Shown here piece after piece: positions 50,914-61,722 of a stretch of DNA of 64,000 nt (within the stretch, counting starts at the first letter, position 1; each line of letters opens with the position of its first letter). A model generated the notes under the pieces. That model was not told the DNA's origin and ran no database searches. It saw only the letters and a list, made by a program, of their open reading frames with translations. Both the position numbers and the translations under genes were made by a program. The stretch comes from Candidatus Spongiisociaceae bacterium (GTDB lineage Bacteria > Actinomycetota > Acidimicrobiia > Spongiisociales > Spongiisociaceae), in contig CBDCOH010000002.1 of the NCBI GenBank assembly GCA_965219685.1, positions 1,184,001 to 1,248,000 on the forward strand, given 5' to 3'.

Positions 50914-51657
50914 GCCACTAGCCATTCCCATTGTAGTCTCACGCCCACCGAACCGGCGAGCACCTTGTCCAGCTTCCCCCCGTTGCCCAACTCTCGCATG
51001 TTGAATCTGCATTCCAACTCGGCCAGGTATCGCCACAGATGCTTCGCACTCATGTAGTGGTAGACGCCCATGTAGGACCGTTTCAGGATGCCCCACACTG
51101 ACTCAATGCCGTTCGTGTGGACGATCCCCCGCACATATTCGCCCTTGCCGTGTTCAACCCAAAACTGGCGCAACCCCATCTTCCTGTAGGACGGCTCGCC
51201 GTCGGTGAACAGGGGAGACGGGAACGCCACTTTCTGCTGGACGGCTTGGTTGAGGCTGTCGAAGGTTGTGTCGTTCACGTCGAGGAAGGCAACCTGGCCG
51301 GTCTTGCGATGCCGGAAACCGATCACGACCTGCTTGTTGGCCCGCCAGCCGCCGCCTACCTCTTCCCGCAGTTTCTTGCGCCGGTCGGCGTGCATCCTGC
51401 CCAGCTTCCCGCCCACAAAGGTCTCATCGACTTCCACCGGGTAGCCGTCGTCAAATGTTGTGTCATTCATGGCTGCTGCTACCTGTCGGAGACGGTGAAG
51501 CATGTACCATGCTGTCTTGTGGCTGACGCCGATCTGCGATTGGAGACGCTGGGCTGCAACCCCTTTGGGGTTGTCCATCCACATCCAGATGGCTATGAAC
51601 CACTTTGAACCGCCCCGGTTACCCCGGAGACTCGATTAGTTGGGAGATAATGGAGTC

Positions 51658-52898
<1,241 letters not shown>

Positions 52899-53198
52899 AA
52901 CACTCTCCGGCAAACCCGGGGCGGTTCACTTCCGTAGCGGTAGACGTGATTCCTCGAACACTGTCCCTTTGCGAACGGAGAATTGTCTGCGGCAGTCTCC
53001 GCATTTGTAGATGGGCCGTGTGCGGATGCGGTAGATGCGTTTGCTGTCGCAGTCCGTCCAGGCACATTCCAGGCCATCCGGCCATCGCAACTGCTCTAGA
53101 TGCGCTCTGCATGATTCCTCGTCGGGGAAGGCTTCGAGTAGGTCGTAGAGGCTGTCGTATTGCACCGTTTGGCTCCGTGGGCGGGGGATGGGCCTAAC

Positions 53199-53227
53199 AG
53201 TTTACTATGATTGGTTAGCGTTGTCAA
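53199..53227 (-). promoter_or_regulatory. Sigma70-type promoter upstream of the IS1595 transposase
   Basis: TTGACA-N17-TAAACT on the minus strand. Confidence 0.7.
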
Positions 53228-53314
53228 GCGTTTCGGCTCCCCCGTAGGGGGAAGCCGCCCGATAAACTCATCCCCAACCCCCACCAAGGGGGAACCATCG
53301 AAGGAAGGAGAACA

Positions 53315-53515
53315 ATGATTGTCAACCGAGAGGCGTGTAGGGGTTGGGACTGCGCCCCCCAACCCCATCCGCACGCCGTCCATAGCCTGACCGTCTGCAA
53401 ATGCGGGACGCTCTGGCAAGTCGTTACCGAACTCATGGTCAGAGCAGACGGGAGTGTTTCCCGTGGACGCTTCTGGACTCGCCTCACACCCGGCAGGGTT
53501 CTGGTAACTGCCTGA
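53315..53515 (+). CDS. Small Cys-containing hypothetical protein (66 aa)
   Basis: Strong RBS AAGGAAGGAG; C-x4-C and CxC motifs. Confidence 0.45.
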   Translation: MIVNREACRGWDCAPQPHPHAVHSLTVCKCGTLWQVVTELMVRADGSVSRGRFWTRLTPGRVLVTA

Positions 53516-53939
53516 CAGTATCCTCGCTAGGAGCAGAGCCGCTATGCCCCTGTGGTGGCTCACGCTCCCTCTCACCATTCCCACAACGCCACCGCCCAAA
53601 ACAGACACCCCAACACCAACAACACCACATAGAAAGTCACCCGATTCGCCCCTTCCCTTCCAACTAGACTCAACATGGGCTGCGAACCGCCCGCACAGCC
53701 GGGAACCATGCGCCCTGACAAAGCGCACCCAACCGAACGGACGGCCCGCACACGGCCTGTCTCCCTCGTCCCTGGCGGCAGGGAGACCAGCCCTCAAATC
53801 TTCCTCACTTTCCTGAATTGTGGGAGGGGAATCGAAGCAAAAATCCAACCCTCCGGCGGCTGGGTGCGACAAAGTTGAGCTTCCCCGTCGATCTGGGCCT
53901 TCAGGACGAAACAACTGCCTGTGCAGCAAGGCGAAACCA

Positions 53940-54015
<76 letters not shown>

Positions 54016-54067
54016 GTAGCCATTGTAATCCGGACCGCGGTGAACCCTCGAACCGGGATGGGATCGG

Positions 54068-54658
54068 CTAGCGGCTCCGTAGGGCTTCGGCGAGAGCTGT
54101 GATCGCTCGGGCGCGGTGGCTGATACGGTTTTTCTCCTCTTCCCCCATCTCGGCGAGGGTTCTGCACCCGACCGCGAAGACGGGGTCGTAGCCGAAGCCG
54201 CCGGAACCGCGGGGTGAGGTTGTGATCTCGCCGTCCAGGACGCCCTCAGCCAGGACTTCGCGCCCGTCCTCGAGGATGGCGACCACTACGGTCCGGAACC
54301 GGGCTGTCCGGTCTTCCAGGCCTTCCAGGGCTGTTAGCAGGGCGGCTACGTTGGAGCGGTAGGTGGCGTCGGGTCCCGAGAACCGGGCTGTGTGGACTCC
54401 GGGGGCGCCGTCCAAAGCATGGACCTCCAAGCCGGTGTCGTCTGCGATGGCCGTCAGACTGGTTGCGGCGGCGACCGCACGTGCTTTCAGGAGGGCGTTG
54501 CCCGCGAGGGTTGGAGCGTCCTCGACCACGTCCGGCCAGTCGAGGCCCCTGACGACCTCTTCTATCACTTCCCCGCCCACCAGTAGAGTTTCCATCTCCC
54601 TGATCTTGTCGGCGTTCTTGGATGCCACGACCGCGCGGCTGATCGCCGGTCGGGTCAT
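54068..54658 (-). CDS. rdgB: Non-canonical purine NTP pyrophosphatase (RdgB/HAM1)
   Basis: ADDTGLEV, GAPGVHTARF, GFGYDPVF, KNRISHR. Confidence 0.96.
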   Translation of the reverse strand: MTRPAISRAVVASKNADKIREMETLLVGGEVIEEVVRGLDWPDVVEDAPTLAGNALLKARAVAAATSLTAIADDTGLEVHALDGAPGVHTARFSGPDATYRSNVAALLTALEGLEDRTARFRTVVVAILEDGREVLAEGVLDGEITTSPRGSGGFGYDPVFAVGCRTLAEMGEEEKNRISHRARAITALAEALRSR

Positions 54659-55365
54659 CCGGCTACCAACTCGTCCTGGAGAGCGCCGATATGGTCGATG
54701 CCGAGAGCGGCCAGGTCGAGTAGCCCGTCCAGTTCCTCACGGCTGAAGGGGAGTCCTTCGGCTGTCCCCTGCACCTCGACCAGAAGGCCCCGTCCGGTCA
54801 TCACCACGTTCAGGTCGACCGATGCGGCCACGTCGTCCTGGTAGTCGAGGTCGAGGAGGGACAAACCGTCGACGATTCCCACCGATATGGCGGTCACGCG
54901 ATCGAGGATCGGGTCGGTGTCGATCATGCCCTCCGCTCGCGCCCACTGAACCGCGTCGTGGAGGGCAATCCAGGCCGCGTTGACCGCGGCTGTGCGGGTG
55001 CCTCCGTCGGCCTGCACCACGTCGCAGTCGACGTTGACCATCACCTCTCCCATCGCCTTCAGGTTGACCACGGAACGGAGCGACCGCCCAATGAGGCGGG
55101 AGATCTCCTTCTGCCTGCCGGCCGTGTACCGGTCACGCCTGACCCGGCGGTCCGACGAGCCCGGCATCATGGCGTACTCGGCCGTGACCCAACCCGACCC
55201 GCTCTGATGCATCCATCTTGGCACCCGATCCCCGATGGACGCGGTGGCGAGCACCCACGTCCTTCCCATCTCGATCAGGACCGATCCGGGGGTCATCTCG
55301 GTGTAGCCCTGGGTGATCCTGATTGGACGCAACTGGTCGGCCGCTCTGGTTCGACCTGAAGTCAT
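54655..55365 (-). CDS. rph: Ribonuclease PH
   Basis: GWVTAEYAMMP, EISRLIGRSLR, QADGGTRTA, EVQGTAEG. Confidence 0.97.
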   Translation of the reverse strand: MTSGRTRAADQLRPIRITQGYTEMTPGSVLIEMGRTWVLATASIGDRVPRWMHQSGSGWVTAEYAMMPGSSDRRVRRDRYTAGRQKEISRLIGRSLRSVVNLKAMGEVMVNVDCDVVQADGGTRTAAVNAAWIALHDAVQWARAEGMIDTDPILDRVTAISVGIVDGLSLLDLDYQDDVAASVDLNVVMTGRGLLVEVQGTAEGLPFSREELDGLLDLAALGIDHIGALQDELVAG

Positions 55366-55386
55366 GGTTCTCCTATCCGGTCTCGG

Positions 55387-56130
55387 TCATACCCGCATCC
55401 GGGCGCCGGGCACCGCGAGGGAGACCCGGCCCCGGAAGGTCGACTCGGCTTCCATGAGCGACTTCTCCGGGTCCAGATAGGGCACGATGTGGGTGAGTGC
55501 GAGTCGCCCGACCCCGGCTCGGCTGGCCATGGCCCCTGCCTCCAGCCCGGTCATGTGGTGCGGGGTCGAGGCGTTGTCACGAGGCTCGGACAGGGAAGCC
55601 TCGGCCAGGAGGAGGTCCGAGCCAGCCGCGTGCTGTTCGAGCGCCGCGCACGGCCCGGTGTCGGCGGTGTAGGTCAGGGACCGCCCGTTGGCCTCGATCC
55701 GCGGGGCGAGAGTGGGCGGCGGATGGTTGGTCCGCGTGACCGAGATCTGCATCGATCCGAGCGTGAACCTATCGCCGTCCGACAGCGTCAAGAACTCGAA
55801 TGTGGACCGCCAGGCCGCCGAGCCCCCGACGATGTCGCCGAGCGTGGCCGCGAGGTCCCTAGGGCACAGCACAGGTACGGGCGGGACCCGGCGTTCCCCG
55901 TAGGCGAGTGCGTGGAACAACGCGAGGATGTCGGTGCAGTGATCCGGGTGGCGGTGCGACAGGAAGACGCCGCTGAGATCCCGCGGGTCCATCTCCCCGC
56001 ACAGGGCCAGGTAGGTTCCGGGACCGGCGTCCATCCACAGGGTTGTCTCAGCCTCGGTGATCAGATATCCGGATGCGGGACGCCCCGCGGTCGGATAGGT
56101 CCCGTTGGACCCGAGGACGGTCAACTGCAT
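55387..56130 (-). CDS. MBL-fold metallo-hydrolase (RNase Z/AtaC-like)
   Basis: MQLTVLGS, SHRHPDHC, YTADTG, LTHI; adjacent to rph. Confidence 0.9.
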   Translation of the reverse strand: MQLTVLGSNGTYPTAGRPASGYLITEAETTLWMDAGPGTYLALCGEMDPRDLSGVFLSHRHPDHCTDILALFHALAYGERRVPPVPVLCPRDLAATLGDIVGGSAAWRSTFEFLTLSDGDRFTLGSMQISVTRTNHPPPTLAPRIEANGRSLTYTADTGPCAALEQHAAGSDLLLAEASLSEPRDNASTPHHMTGLEAGAMASRAGVGRLALTHIVPYLDPEKSLMEAESTFRGRVSLAVPGARMRV

Positions 56131-57236
56131 GCTCCCAGGGTAGCGACGCTGCCTTCCCCGGTCTCGCGTCCCCGGCGTCTTGGGCCGGTCCCGGAGGGGG
56201 AGGCCGCGAGTGTCTCGACCAGCCCGTTGGCGTCGATGGCGACCGTTCCGGCTGCCACCATCCGTCCGAGTTCGGCCATGGCGGCGAGCGGATCTGTGTC
56301 CAGCGTCGACAGGAACTCGGCGACCGGGAGACCGGATCCTGTGACGTCCGGGGCATGGCGGTCGTCGGCCGGCTGGTCGGCGGGCTCGCCGATCGCCAAC
56401 CGCAGGCACTCCATGAGGTCCTCGGCGTCCAGGACGGGAAGGGCTCCGTCTCGGATGAGCAGGTTACAGCCGAGGGAACTGTTCCTGCCGACGTCGCCGG
56501 GAGTGGCGAAGATGTCGCGACCCTGCTCGAGCGCGATGCGGGCGGTTACCAGCGCCCCGCCCTTGGCTCCGGCCTCCACGACCACCACTACTTGGGCGAT
56601 GCCTGAGATTATCCGGTTGCGGGGCGGGAAGCGCCACCCCAGCGGTAGCGCCCCCGGAGGTGACTCACTCCAGACCGTTCCGGCGTGATCGAGGAGCGAC
56701 CTGCCCAGGTCCCGGTGGTTCCGCGGGTACCACACGTCGACTCCCGAACCGAGCACCGCGACACCCGGGCTCGGCCCGTTCAACGATCCCCGGTGGGCTG
56801 CTCCGTCGATGCCTTTGGCCAGCCCGCTGACCACCGACCAGCCGGCCCGCGATACGGCCCTGCCGTAGCTCTCAGCCAGGCGCCTGCCGTAGGTCGTGCA
56901 CGCCCGCGTGCCGACGATGGCTACGGCGGTCCCGCTGAAGTCCCGCCCGCGTTGGAATAAGAACAGAGGGGAGTCGGGCAGTTCGCGCAGGCGTTGCGGG
57001 AACCTCGGGTCGTCCTGCGCCAGGAAGTCGATGCCTGTGTCCCGCAGTTCCTCCCGCCGCTGCTCCGCAGGTACACGGGCGGCTTGCCGGGCGGCGGTCG
57101 GGACGGTGAGATCCCCGCGCTCGATCCGCGCCACGACCCGGCGGGGGGAACCGGCCTTGGATACCAGCTCGCGAAGCCGGTCCGGGTGCATCCCTACGTG
57201 GGCCAGCCGTATCAATGCGTCCTGAGCGGATTTCAT
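56121..57236 (-). CDS. dprA: DNA-processing protein DprA
   Basis: VAIVGTR, VSGLAKGIDGAAH, FPPRNRIISG, GCNLLIRDGA. Confidence 0.95.
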   Translation of the reverse strand: MKSAQDALIRLAHVGMHPDRLRELVSKAGSPRRVVARIERGDLTVPTAARQAARVPAEQRREELRDTGIDFLAQDDPRFPQRLRELPDSPLFLFQRGRDFSGTAVAIVGTRACTTYGRRLAESYGRAVSRAGWSVVSGLAKGIDGAAHRGSLNGPSPGVAVLGSGVDVWYPRNHRDLGRSLLDHAGTVWSESPPGALPLGWRFPPRNRIISGIAQVVVVVEAGAKGGALVTARIALEQGRDIFATPGDVGRNSSLGCNLLIRDGALPVLDAEDLMECLRLAIGEPADQPADDRHAPDVTGSGLPVAEFLSTLDTDPLAAMAELGRMVAAGTVAIDANGLVETLAASPSGTGPRRRGRETGEGSVATLGACS

Positions 57237-58705
57237 GGCGAGCCCCTGAGGACCAGGGCCTGGGAGGCGTGTTCCTCCTTCACCGGTGCGGACCCGTCGA
57301 GATCGGCGATCGTACGTGCCAGCCGCCGCACCCGGTCGAATCCACGGCCGGTCAGGGCGCCATGCCGCAGGGCTCCTTCGATGAGCCGCTCGGCCCCGGT
57401 CGCTATCTCCAGGGCATCGAGGTGACGTCGACTCAGGTCACGGTTGCGCCGTCCCCGGGCCTGCTGGGCGCTCACCGCCATCGCGACACGCGCCGCGACC
57501 TGGTGGCTCGGTTCCTCCGGCGGGCCGATCATGGCGTCGGGGTCCACGGGATTCACCTGGACCCGGATGTCGAACCGGTCTAGCAGCGGTCCCGACAGGC
57601 GGCGCCGGTAGCGTTGCACCATCCGGTCGGTGCAGACGCAGCCCTGGCGGAAGTTGCCGTTGAAACCGCACGGGCACGGGTTGGTGGCGGCCACTAGCTG
57701 TACCGCGGCAGGGAAGGTGACCGAAGCCCCTTTCCGAGCGATGGTCACCCTGCCCTCCTCGAGAGGCTGGCGCAGGGCGTCCAGCAGGTGCGGACGGAAC
57801 TCGCCCAGCTCGTCGAGAAACAGGACCCCCCTGTGAGCCATGCTGATCTCCCCCGGTACCGGGATCCCGGAGCCTCCACCTATAACCGCGGCGGTGGTCG
57901 CGGTGTGGTGGGGTGAGCGGATCGGCGGCATTGAGAGGCAGGTGCGTGCACGGCCGGCCGCCGACCAAACCTGCGCTACTTCCAGCGCGGAGTTGTGGTC
58001 CAGGTCGGGTAGCACACCGGGCAGGCACCTGGCGAGCATCGTCTTGCCGGCGCCCGGAGGCCCGGACAGGAGCATGTGATGCCCGCCTGCCGCCGCCACT
58101 TCGAGCGCCCGCTTGGCGAGAGGCTGGCCGCGGACCTCGGCGAGGTCCTCCAAGTCGGTCCTGACGCGGACCGGAGGCGGCGGGGGTGGTGAGTCGACCT
58201 CTCCCAGAGCGGCTGACACCGCGCCGGCGAGGGTTCCCACCATCTGCACGTCGGCCGACTCGACCACGCTCGCCTCGGTAGCCGCATCGGCCGGGAGCAG
58301 GCAGCGTTTCCCCATCCTGGCGGCCACCACAGCCGCGCCGAGACCACCCCGCGCCGTGCGGATGCTGCCGTCCAGCGCCAGTTCCCCCATCGCCACCACG
58401 TTGCACGCCCCGGATGGAATCTCACCGGCCGCGGCGAGCAGGGCCAGGGCTATGGGGAGGTCGTACGCACTTCCCGACTTGGGCAGGTAGGCGGGCGCCA
58501 GGTTGACGGTCACCGACCGGGCCGGAAACCGGTATCCGGAAACCGACATGGCGGCCAGCACCCGGTCCTTCGCCTCGCGGACCGCGGTATCGGGTAGGCC
58601 GACCACGTTGAGCCGACCCTTCTCTCCTCCTCCTACGTGAGCCTCCACACTGACGGCGCGCGCCTCCACACCGACCAGTGCTACGGAGTTGGTTGAAGCA
58701 AACAT
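57233..58705 (-). CDS. comM: YifB/ComM Mg-chelatase-like AAA+ ATPase
   Basis: VGLPDTAVREAKDRV, GPPGAGKTMLA, LFLDELGEF, NPCPCG, LSGPLLDRFD; start MFAST. Confidence 0.94.
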   Translation of the reverse strand: MFASTNSVALVGVEARAVSVEAHVGGGEKGRLNVVGLPDTAVREAKDRVLAAMSVSGYRFPARSVTVNLAPAYLPKSGSAYDLPIALALLAAAGEIPSGACNVVAMGELALDGSIRTARGGLGAAVVAARMGKRCLLPADAATEASVVESADVQMVGTLAGAVSAALGEVDSPPPPPPVRVRTDLEDLAEVRGQPLAKRALEVAAAGGHHMLLSGPPGAGKTMLARCLPGVLPDLDHNSALEVAQVWSAAGRARTCLSMPPIRSPHHTATTAAVIGGGSGIPVPGEISMAHRGVLFLDELGEFRPHLLDALRQPLEEGRVTIARKGASVTFPAAVQLVAATNPCPCGFNGNFRQGCVCTDRMVQRYRRRLSGPLLDRFDIRVQVNPVDPDAMIGPPEEPSHQVAARVAMAVSAQQARGRRNRDLSRRHLDALEIATGAERLIEGALRHGALTGRGFDRVRRLARTIADLDGSAPVKEEHASQALVLRGSP

Positions 58706-58712
58706 GGCTTCG

Positions 58713-58734
58713 AAGGTAAGGGGGGTGTGTGACA
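58713..58734 (-). promoter_or_regulatory. RecA-NDp/PafBC-like promoter, leaderless, for comM-dprA
   Basis: TGTCA-cac-acccccct-TACCTT, then 7 nt to ATG. Confidence 0.7.
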
Positions 58735-58783
58735 GAACTCCGAGGGAGCCTGCGATGTCCCCGGCCGCGATACCATCGGGCCG

Positions 58784-58897
58784 ATGGGATTCAATCCGTT
58801 CCGCAAGCACGAGCGAAGCACCGCCGATCTCGTGATGGTGGTGGGCACGGTGCTCGTGACGGCGGCCCTGGTGATATGGGCGTTCATGGGCGGGTGA
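58784..58897 (+). CDS. 37-aa single-TM small protein (not in the ORF track)
   Basis: MGFNPFRKHERSTADLVMVVGTVLVTAALVIWAFMGG; TACCAT 7 nt upstream; stop overlaps the next GTG. Confidence 0.7.
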   Translation: MGFNPFRKHERSTADLVMVVGTVLVTAALVIWAFMGG

Positions 58898-59106
58898 CCG
58901 TCCGCCACGTCCAGCCCGCGTCGGCCACCAAGCCCTACCGCTGTCCGGGATGCGAGGGAGTGATCGCCAAGGGGAGATTCCACCTGGTTGTGGTCCCGGA
59001 TGACGAACCTGATCTGCGGCGCCACTGGCACCACGGCTGCTGGTACAAGGAGCGGCGCCGAGATTCCGGGCGTAGGTCCCGACACGAGGGGAGCGAATCC
59101 TCATAG
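58894..59106 (+). CDS. Conserved small actinobacterial Cys/His protein
   Basis: KPYRCPGC...HLVVVP...RRHWHHGCW; GTGA overlap with the upstream sORF. Confidence 0.75.
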   Translation: MTVRHVQPASATKPYRCPGCEGVIAKGRFHLVVVPDDEPDLRRHWHHGCWYKERRRDSGRRSRHEGSESS

Positions 59107-59176
59107 CGTCCTGATTCCTCGATTCCCTCCAGACGCCCGGACGTACAGCTCGTCCAACCCGCCAGCTCCGCGATTA

Positions 59177-59376
59177 CCGAGAACGCGAAAAACCCCCGAC
59201 CGGACCCCTCCGGTGGGCCCACCCCCGACCGCCACCTCCGAAGTCTTCGAACGCGTCTAGCCATCTTCCCGTGGGAAGTCGGCTCCGACACATGATCCCC
59301 GCCCCGGTCCGTTCGGCACCGTAAACGGACCGGTGGTGCTTACGGCTGATAACCAGTATGCAACGGGGCTGTGACA
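59177..59376 (-). repeat. Dispersed ~190-bp element, copy 3; weaker similarity extends ~59108-59440
   Basis: Near-identical blocks to copy 2; TGTCA-N11-CATACT at 59376-59355. Confidence 0.9.
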
Positions 59377-59492
59377 TGGACAACCCCTTCGTTGAGAGCG
59401 TCCAGGTCACGCCGGATCCGGGAGCGGTTCGGAATGCCGATCCTTGGACTTGCAGCGATGCGGCACCGCAGCGAACAAACGACCCCGGGACG

Positions 59493-59840
59493 TTAGGCGA
59501 CCCTCCGATGCCATTCGATCGTCGCCCCGTCGCGACCGAACACGACCGTGACCAGATCAACCCGCCATATCCCTAGAGAGCGGGCCGAGCGCAGCACCCG
59601 GTCCGCCTTGCGGTCGGTGAAGTTCCAGCGGGGGTGATGGTTCGCCGACGCCATGCCGGACTTGACCTCGACCGCGAAACGGCCGCCGGCGTCAGTGGCC
59701 ACGAGATCGATCTCGCCCCGACCGGCCGCCACGTTTCGGTCTTCGATCCTGGCCCCCTGCCGCACAAGGAAGGTGGCGGCGACCCACTCCCCCAGCGAGC
59801 CCAGGAACCCGCGGTGCCTGCTGATCGGCGTCTGGCGCAT
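59493..59840 (-). CDS. yraN: YraN family PD-(D/E)XK nuclease
   Basis: LGSLGEWVAATFL, RN, GEIDLVA, VEVK, RVDLV; RBS GGAGGAG. Confidence 0.88.
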   Translation of the reverse strand: MRQTPISRHRGFLGSLGEWVAATFLVRQGARIEDRNVAAGRGEIDLVATDAGGRFAVEVKSGMASANHHPRWNFTDRKADRVLRSARSLGIWRVDLVTVVFGRDGATIEWHRRVA

Positions 59841-59883
59841 CTCGGTGCTCCTCCGAGGATTAGGTGGATCTCGTTGGATCTCC

Positions 59884-59905
59884 AAGCTAGGCGCGGGCTG
59901 TGACA
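59884..59905 (-). promoter_or_regulatory. RecA-NDp/PafBC-like promoter for yraN
   Basis: TGTCA-cag-cccgcgcc-TAGCTT. Confidence 0.68.
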
Positions 59906-60035
59906 TTTCTTGGGGTGTTGGCTGTAAGGCGTTCCGTGTTAGGTGGGTTGACGGTGCGGAACCGTCCTCCGTCCCTTTCGAGATAGGTCGCCCCCGGAAA
60001 ACCATGTGACCCAACGCCAACCACCCGGTCACCAA

Positions 60036-60258
60036 CTAACAACTAACCCCAATTCTTCATGGATCGGAGTTGTAGGGAACGATGGAGCGGGAGCTTTGGA
60101 ATCCTGACCTGGGATTACGGCTATCGGATAGCCTTGCCCCGGCGGCCGCGCGAGCCTAACCCGCCGGGTGAAGGGTGGCCCCTCCGGAATCATGAGGTTG
60201 AACTGGGCTGATGTACGTCGGTGTGCCGGGAACATGAAGAATCAGGGCTAACAACTAA
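60036..60258. other. ~190-bp segment bounded by 10-bp inverted repeats and flanked by CTAACAACTAA direct repeats
   Basis: ATTCTTCATG 60052-60061 / CATGAAGAAT 60233-60242; direct repeats at 60036-60046 and 60248-60258. Confidence 0.6.
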
Positions 60259-60262
60259 TCAG

Positions 60263-60961
60263 CTACAGCGTGTCCCAGCGTGGGACCGGCCATATTCGGA
60301 CGAACGCCCTCCCGATGACATCGTCCATCGGGACCGGGCCGAAGCGGCGGCTGTCCTGGCTGTTGTCGCGGTTGTCCCCCATTACCCACACGTGGTCGTT
60401 CGGCACGTACCGGGGAGCCAGGTCGTTCATGTAGTACCCCGGTTCCAGGTACGGCTCGTCGATCGGCGCGCCGTTCACCCACACCTGGTTGTTGCGGATC
60501 TCCAACCGGTCCCCACCCACCGCGATCACCCGCTTGATGAGGTCCTCGACGCGGGCGGTGCGCACGCCCACCGCCTCGAAGACGTTCCTCGCCATCGTCT
60601 CCCAGAGGGTCTCCGGGCGTTCCTCGGTGACGAGGGGGGAATCGAACACGATCAGGTCGCCGTGCTCAGGACCATGAAACCGGTAGGCCAGTTTGCTGAC
60701 CAGGACCCGGTCGTCGATCTCGAGGGTGGGGAGCATCGACGGCGAGGGGATGAAGAAGGCCTGCATCAGGAACGTCTTGATGAGGATCGCCAGAGCGAGG
60801 GCGATGACGATAACGCCGGGCAATTCACGGAAGAAACGGGACCAAGCGCTACGGTCGTACCGCTCTCCCCCACCGGGGCGCGACCTGCCGGGCATCTCTT
60901 CGGCATCCGGCTGGAAGCGGTCGGCCGGGTCGGTCACGGAGATGAGGCCAGCGCTCGGCAT
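60263..60961 (-). CDS. lepB: Signal peptidase I
   Basis: FFIPSPSMLPTL, DLIKRVIA, VMGDNRDNSQDSRRFG; start uncertain. Confidence 0.96.
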   Translation of the reverse strand: MPSAGLISVTDPADRFQPDAEEMPGRSRPGGGERYDRSAWSRFFRELPGVIVIALALAILIKTFLMQAFFIPSPSMLPTLEIDDRVLVSKLAYRFHGPEHGDLIVFDSPLVTEERPETLWETMARNVFEAVGVRTARVEDLIKRVIAVGGDRLEIRNNQVWVNGAPIDEPYLEPGYYMNDLAPRYVPNDHVWVMGDNRDNSQDSRRFGPVPMDDVIGRAFVRIWPVPRWDTL

Positions 60962-60984
60962 CGAGCGGCCGCACTGGCGGCCGG

Positions 60985-61326
60985 CTAGCGCCGTTCCTTG
61001 ATGCGGGCGGCCTTGCCCACCCTGCCCCGCAGGTAGTACAGCTTGGCGCTGCGCACGCGACCGCGCCGGACAACCTCGATACGCTGGATGATGGGCGCAT
61101 GGACCGGGAAGACCCTTTCGACGCCGATTCCGAAGCTGATCTTGCGCACCGTGAACGTTTCGGACAGCCCTCCGCCGTCCCGGGCGAGCACCACACCTTC
61201 GAATATCTGGACACGCTCGCGACCGCCTTCCACCACCCGGACGTGGACCTTCACCGTGTCACCCGGACGGAAATCGGGAATGTCTTCCCGGAGGTGGGCG
61301 CGCTCAACATATTGGAGGTCGTTCAT
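60985..61326 (-). CDS. rplS: 50S ribosomal protein L19
   Basis: [34 protein letters not shown]; RBS GAGGAG. Confidence 0.98.
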   Translation of the reverse strand: MNDLQYVERAHLREDIPDFRPGDTVKVHVRVVEGGRERVQIFEGVVLARDGGGLSETFTVRKISFGIGVERVFPVHAPIIQRIEVVRRGRVRSAKLYYLRGRVGKAARIKERR

Positions 61327-61722
61327 CGAGGTCTCCTCACGATCGCGATCCTGGTCGCCCGCGACCCGGTTGGTTCGAAGGCTCGTGGGGACCGCCACGG
61401 GACGTGGCCCGCAACAAACGTGCAGTGTACCGCGTGAGCAGTGGTCTTACTAATGCCCGGGCGGATCCTGCCCCAGATGATTGGTTCCTGGTCGGCAAGT
61501 CTATAGTTCCTAGTTGGTGATTGGTGGGTAACTTCAAGTTGGATCATTTACCATCTTTCATAGCACTGTTAGGGTCTCGCGTTTGAAGCCGCGGGTGTTT
61601 CTCACGAACGGCAGCCCTGGGGTCCGAGTCCGAGAACGGATACACACGAGTTACAGATGTGTTGTGTTACATTGTGTAGCGAGCCGTAGAGTTCGGTCGC
61701 TTCTGATCAGATCCCCTTGGAA

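Noticed and set aside
61400-61720. AT-richer trmD-rplS gap with GTGTT-like short repeats
   Set aside because: No interpretable structure beyond the short heptamer tract already noted
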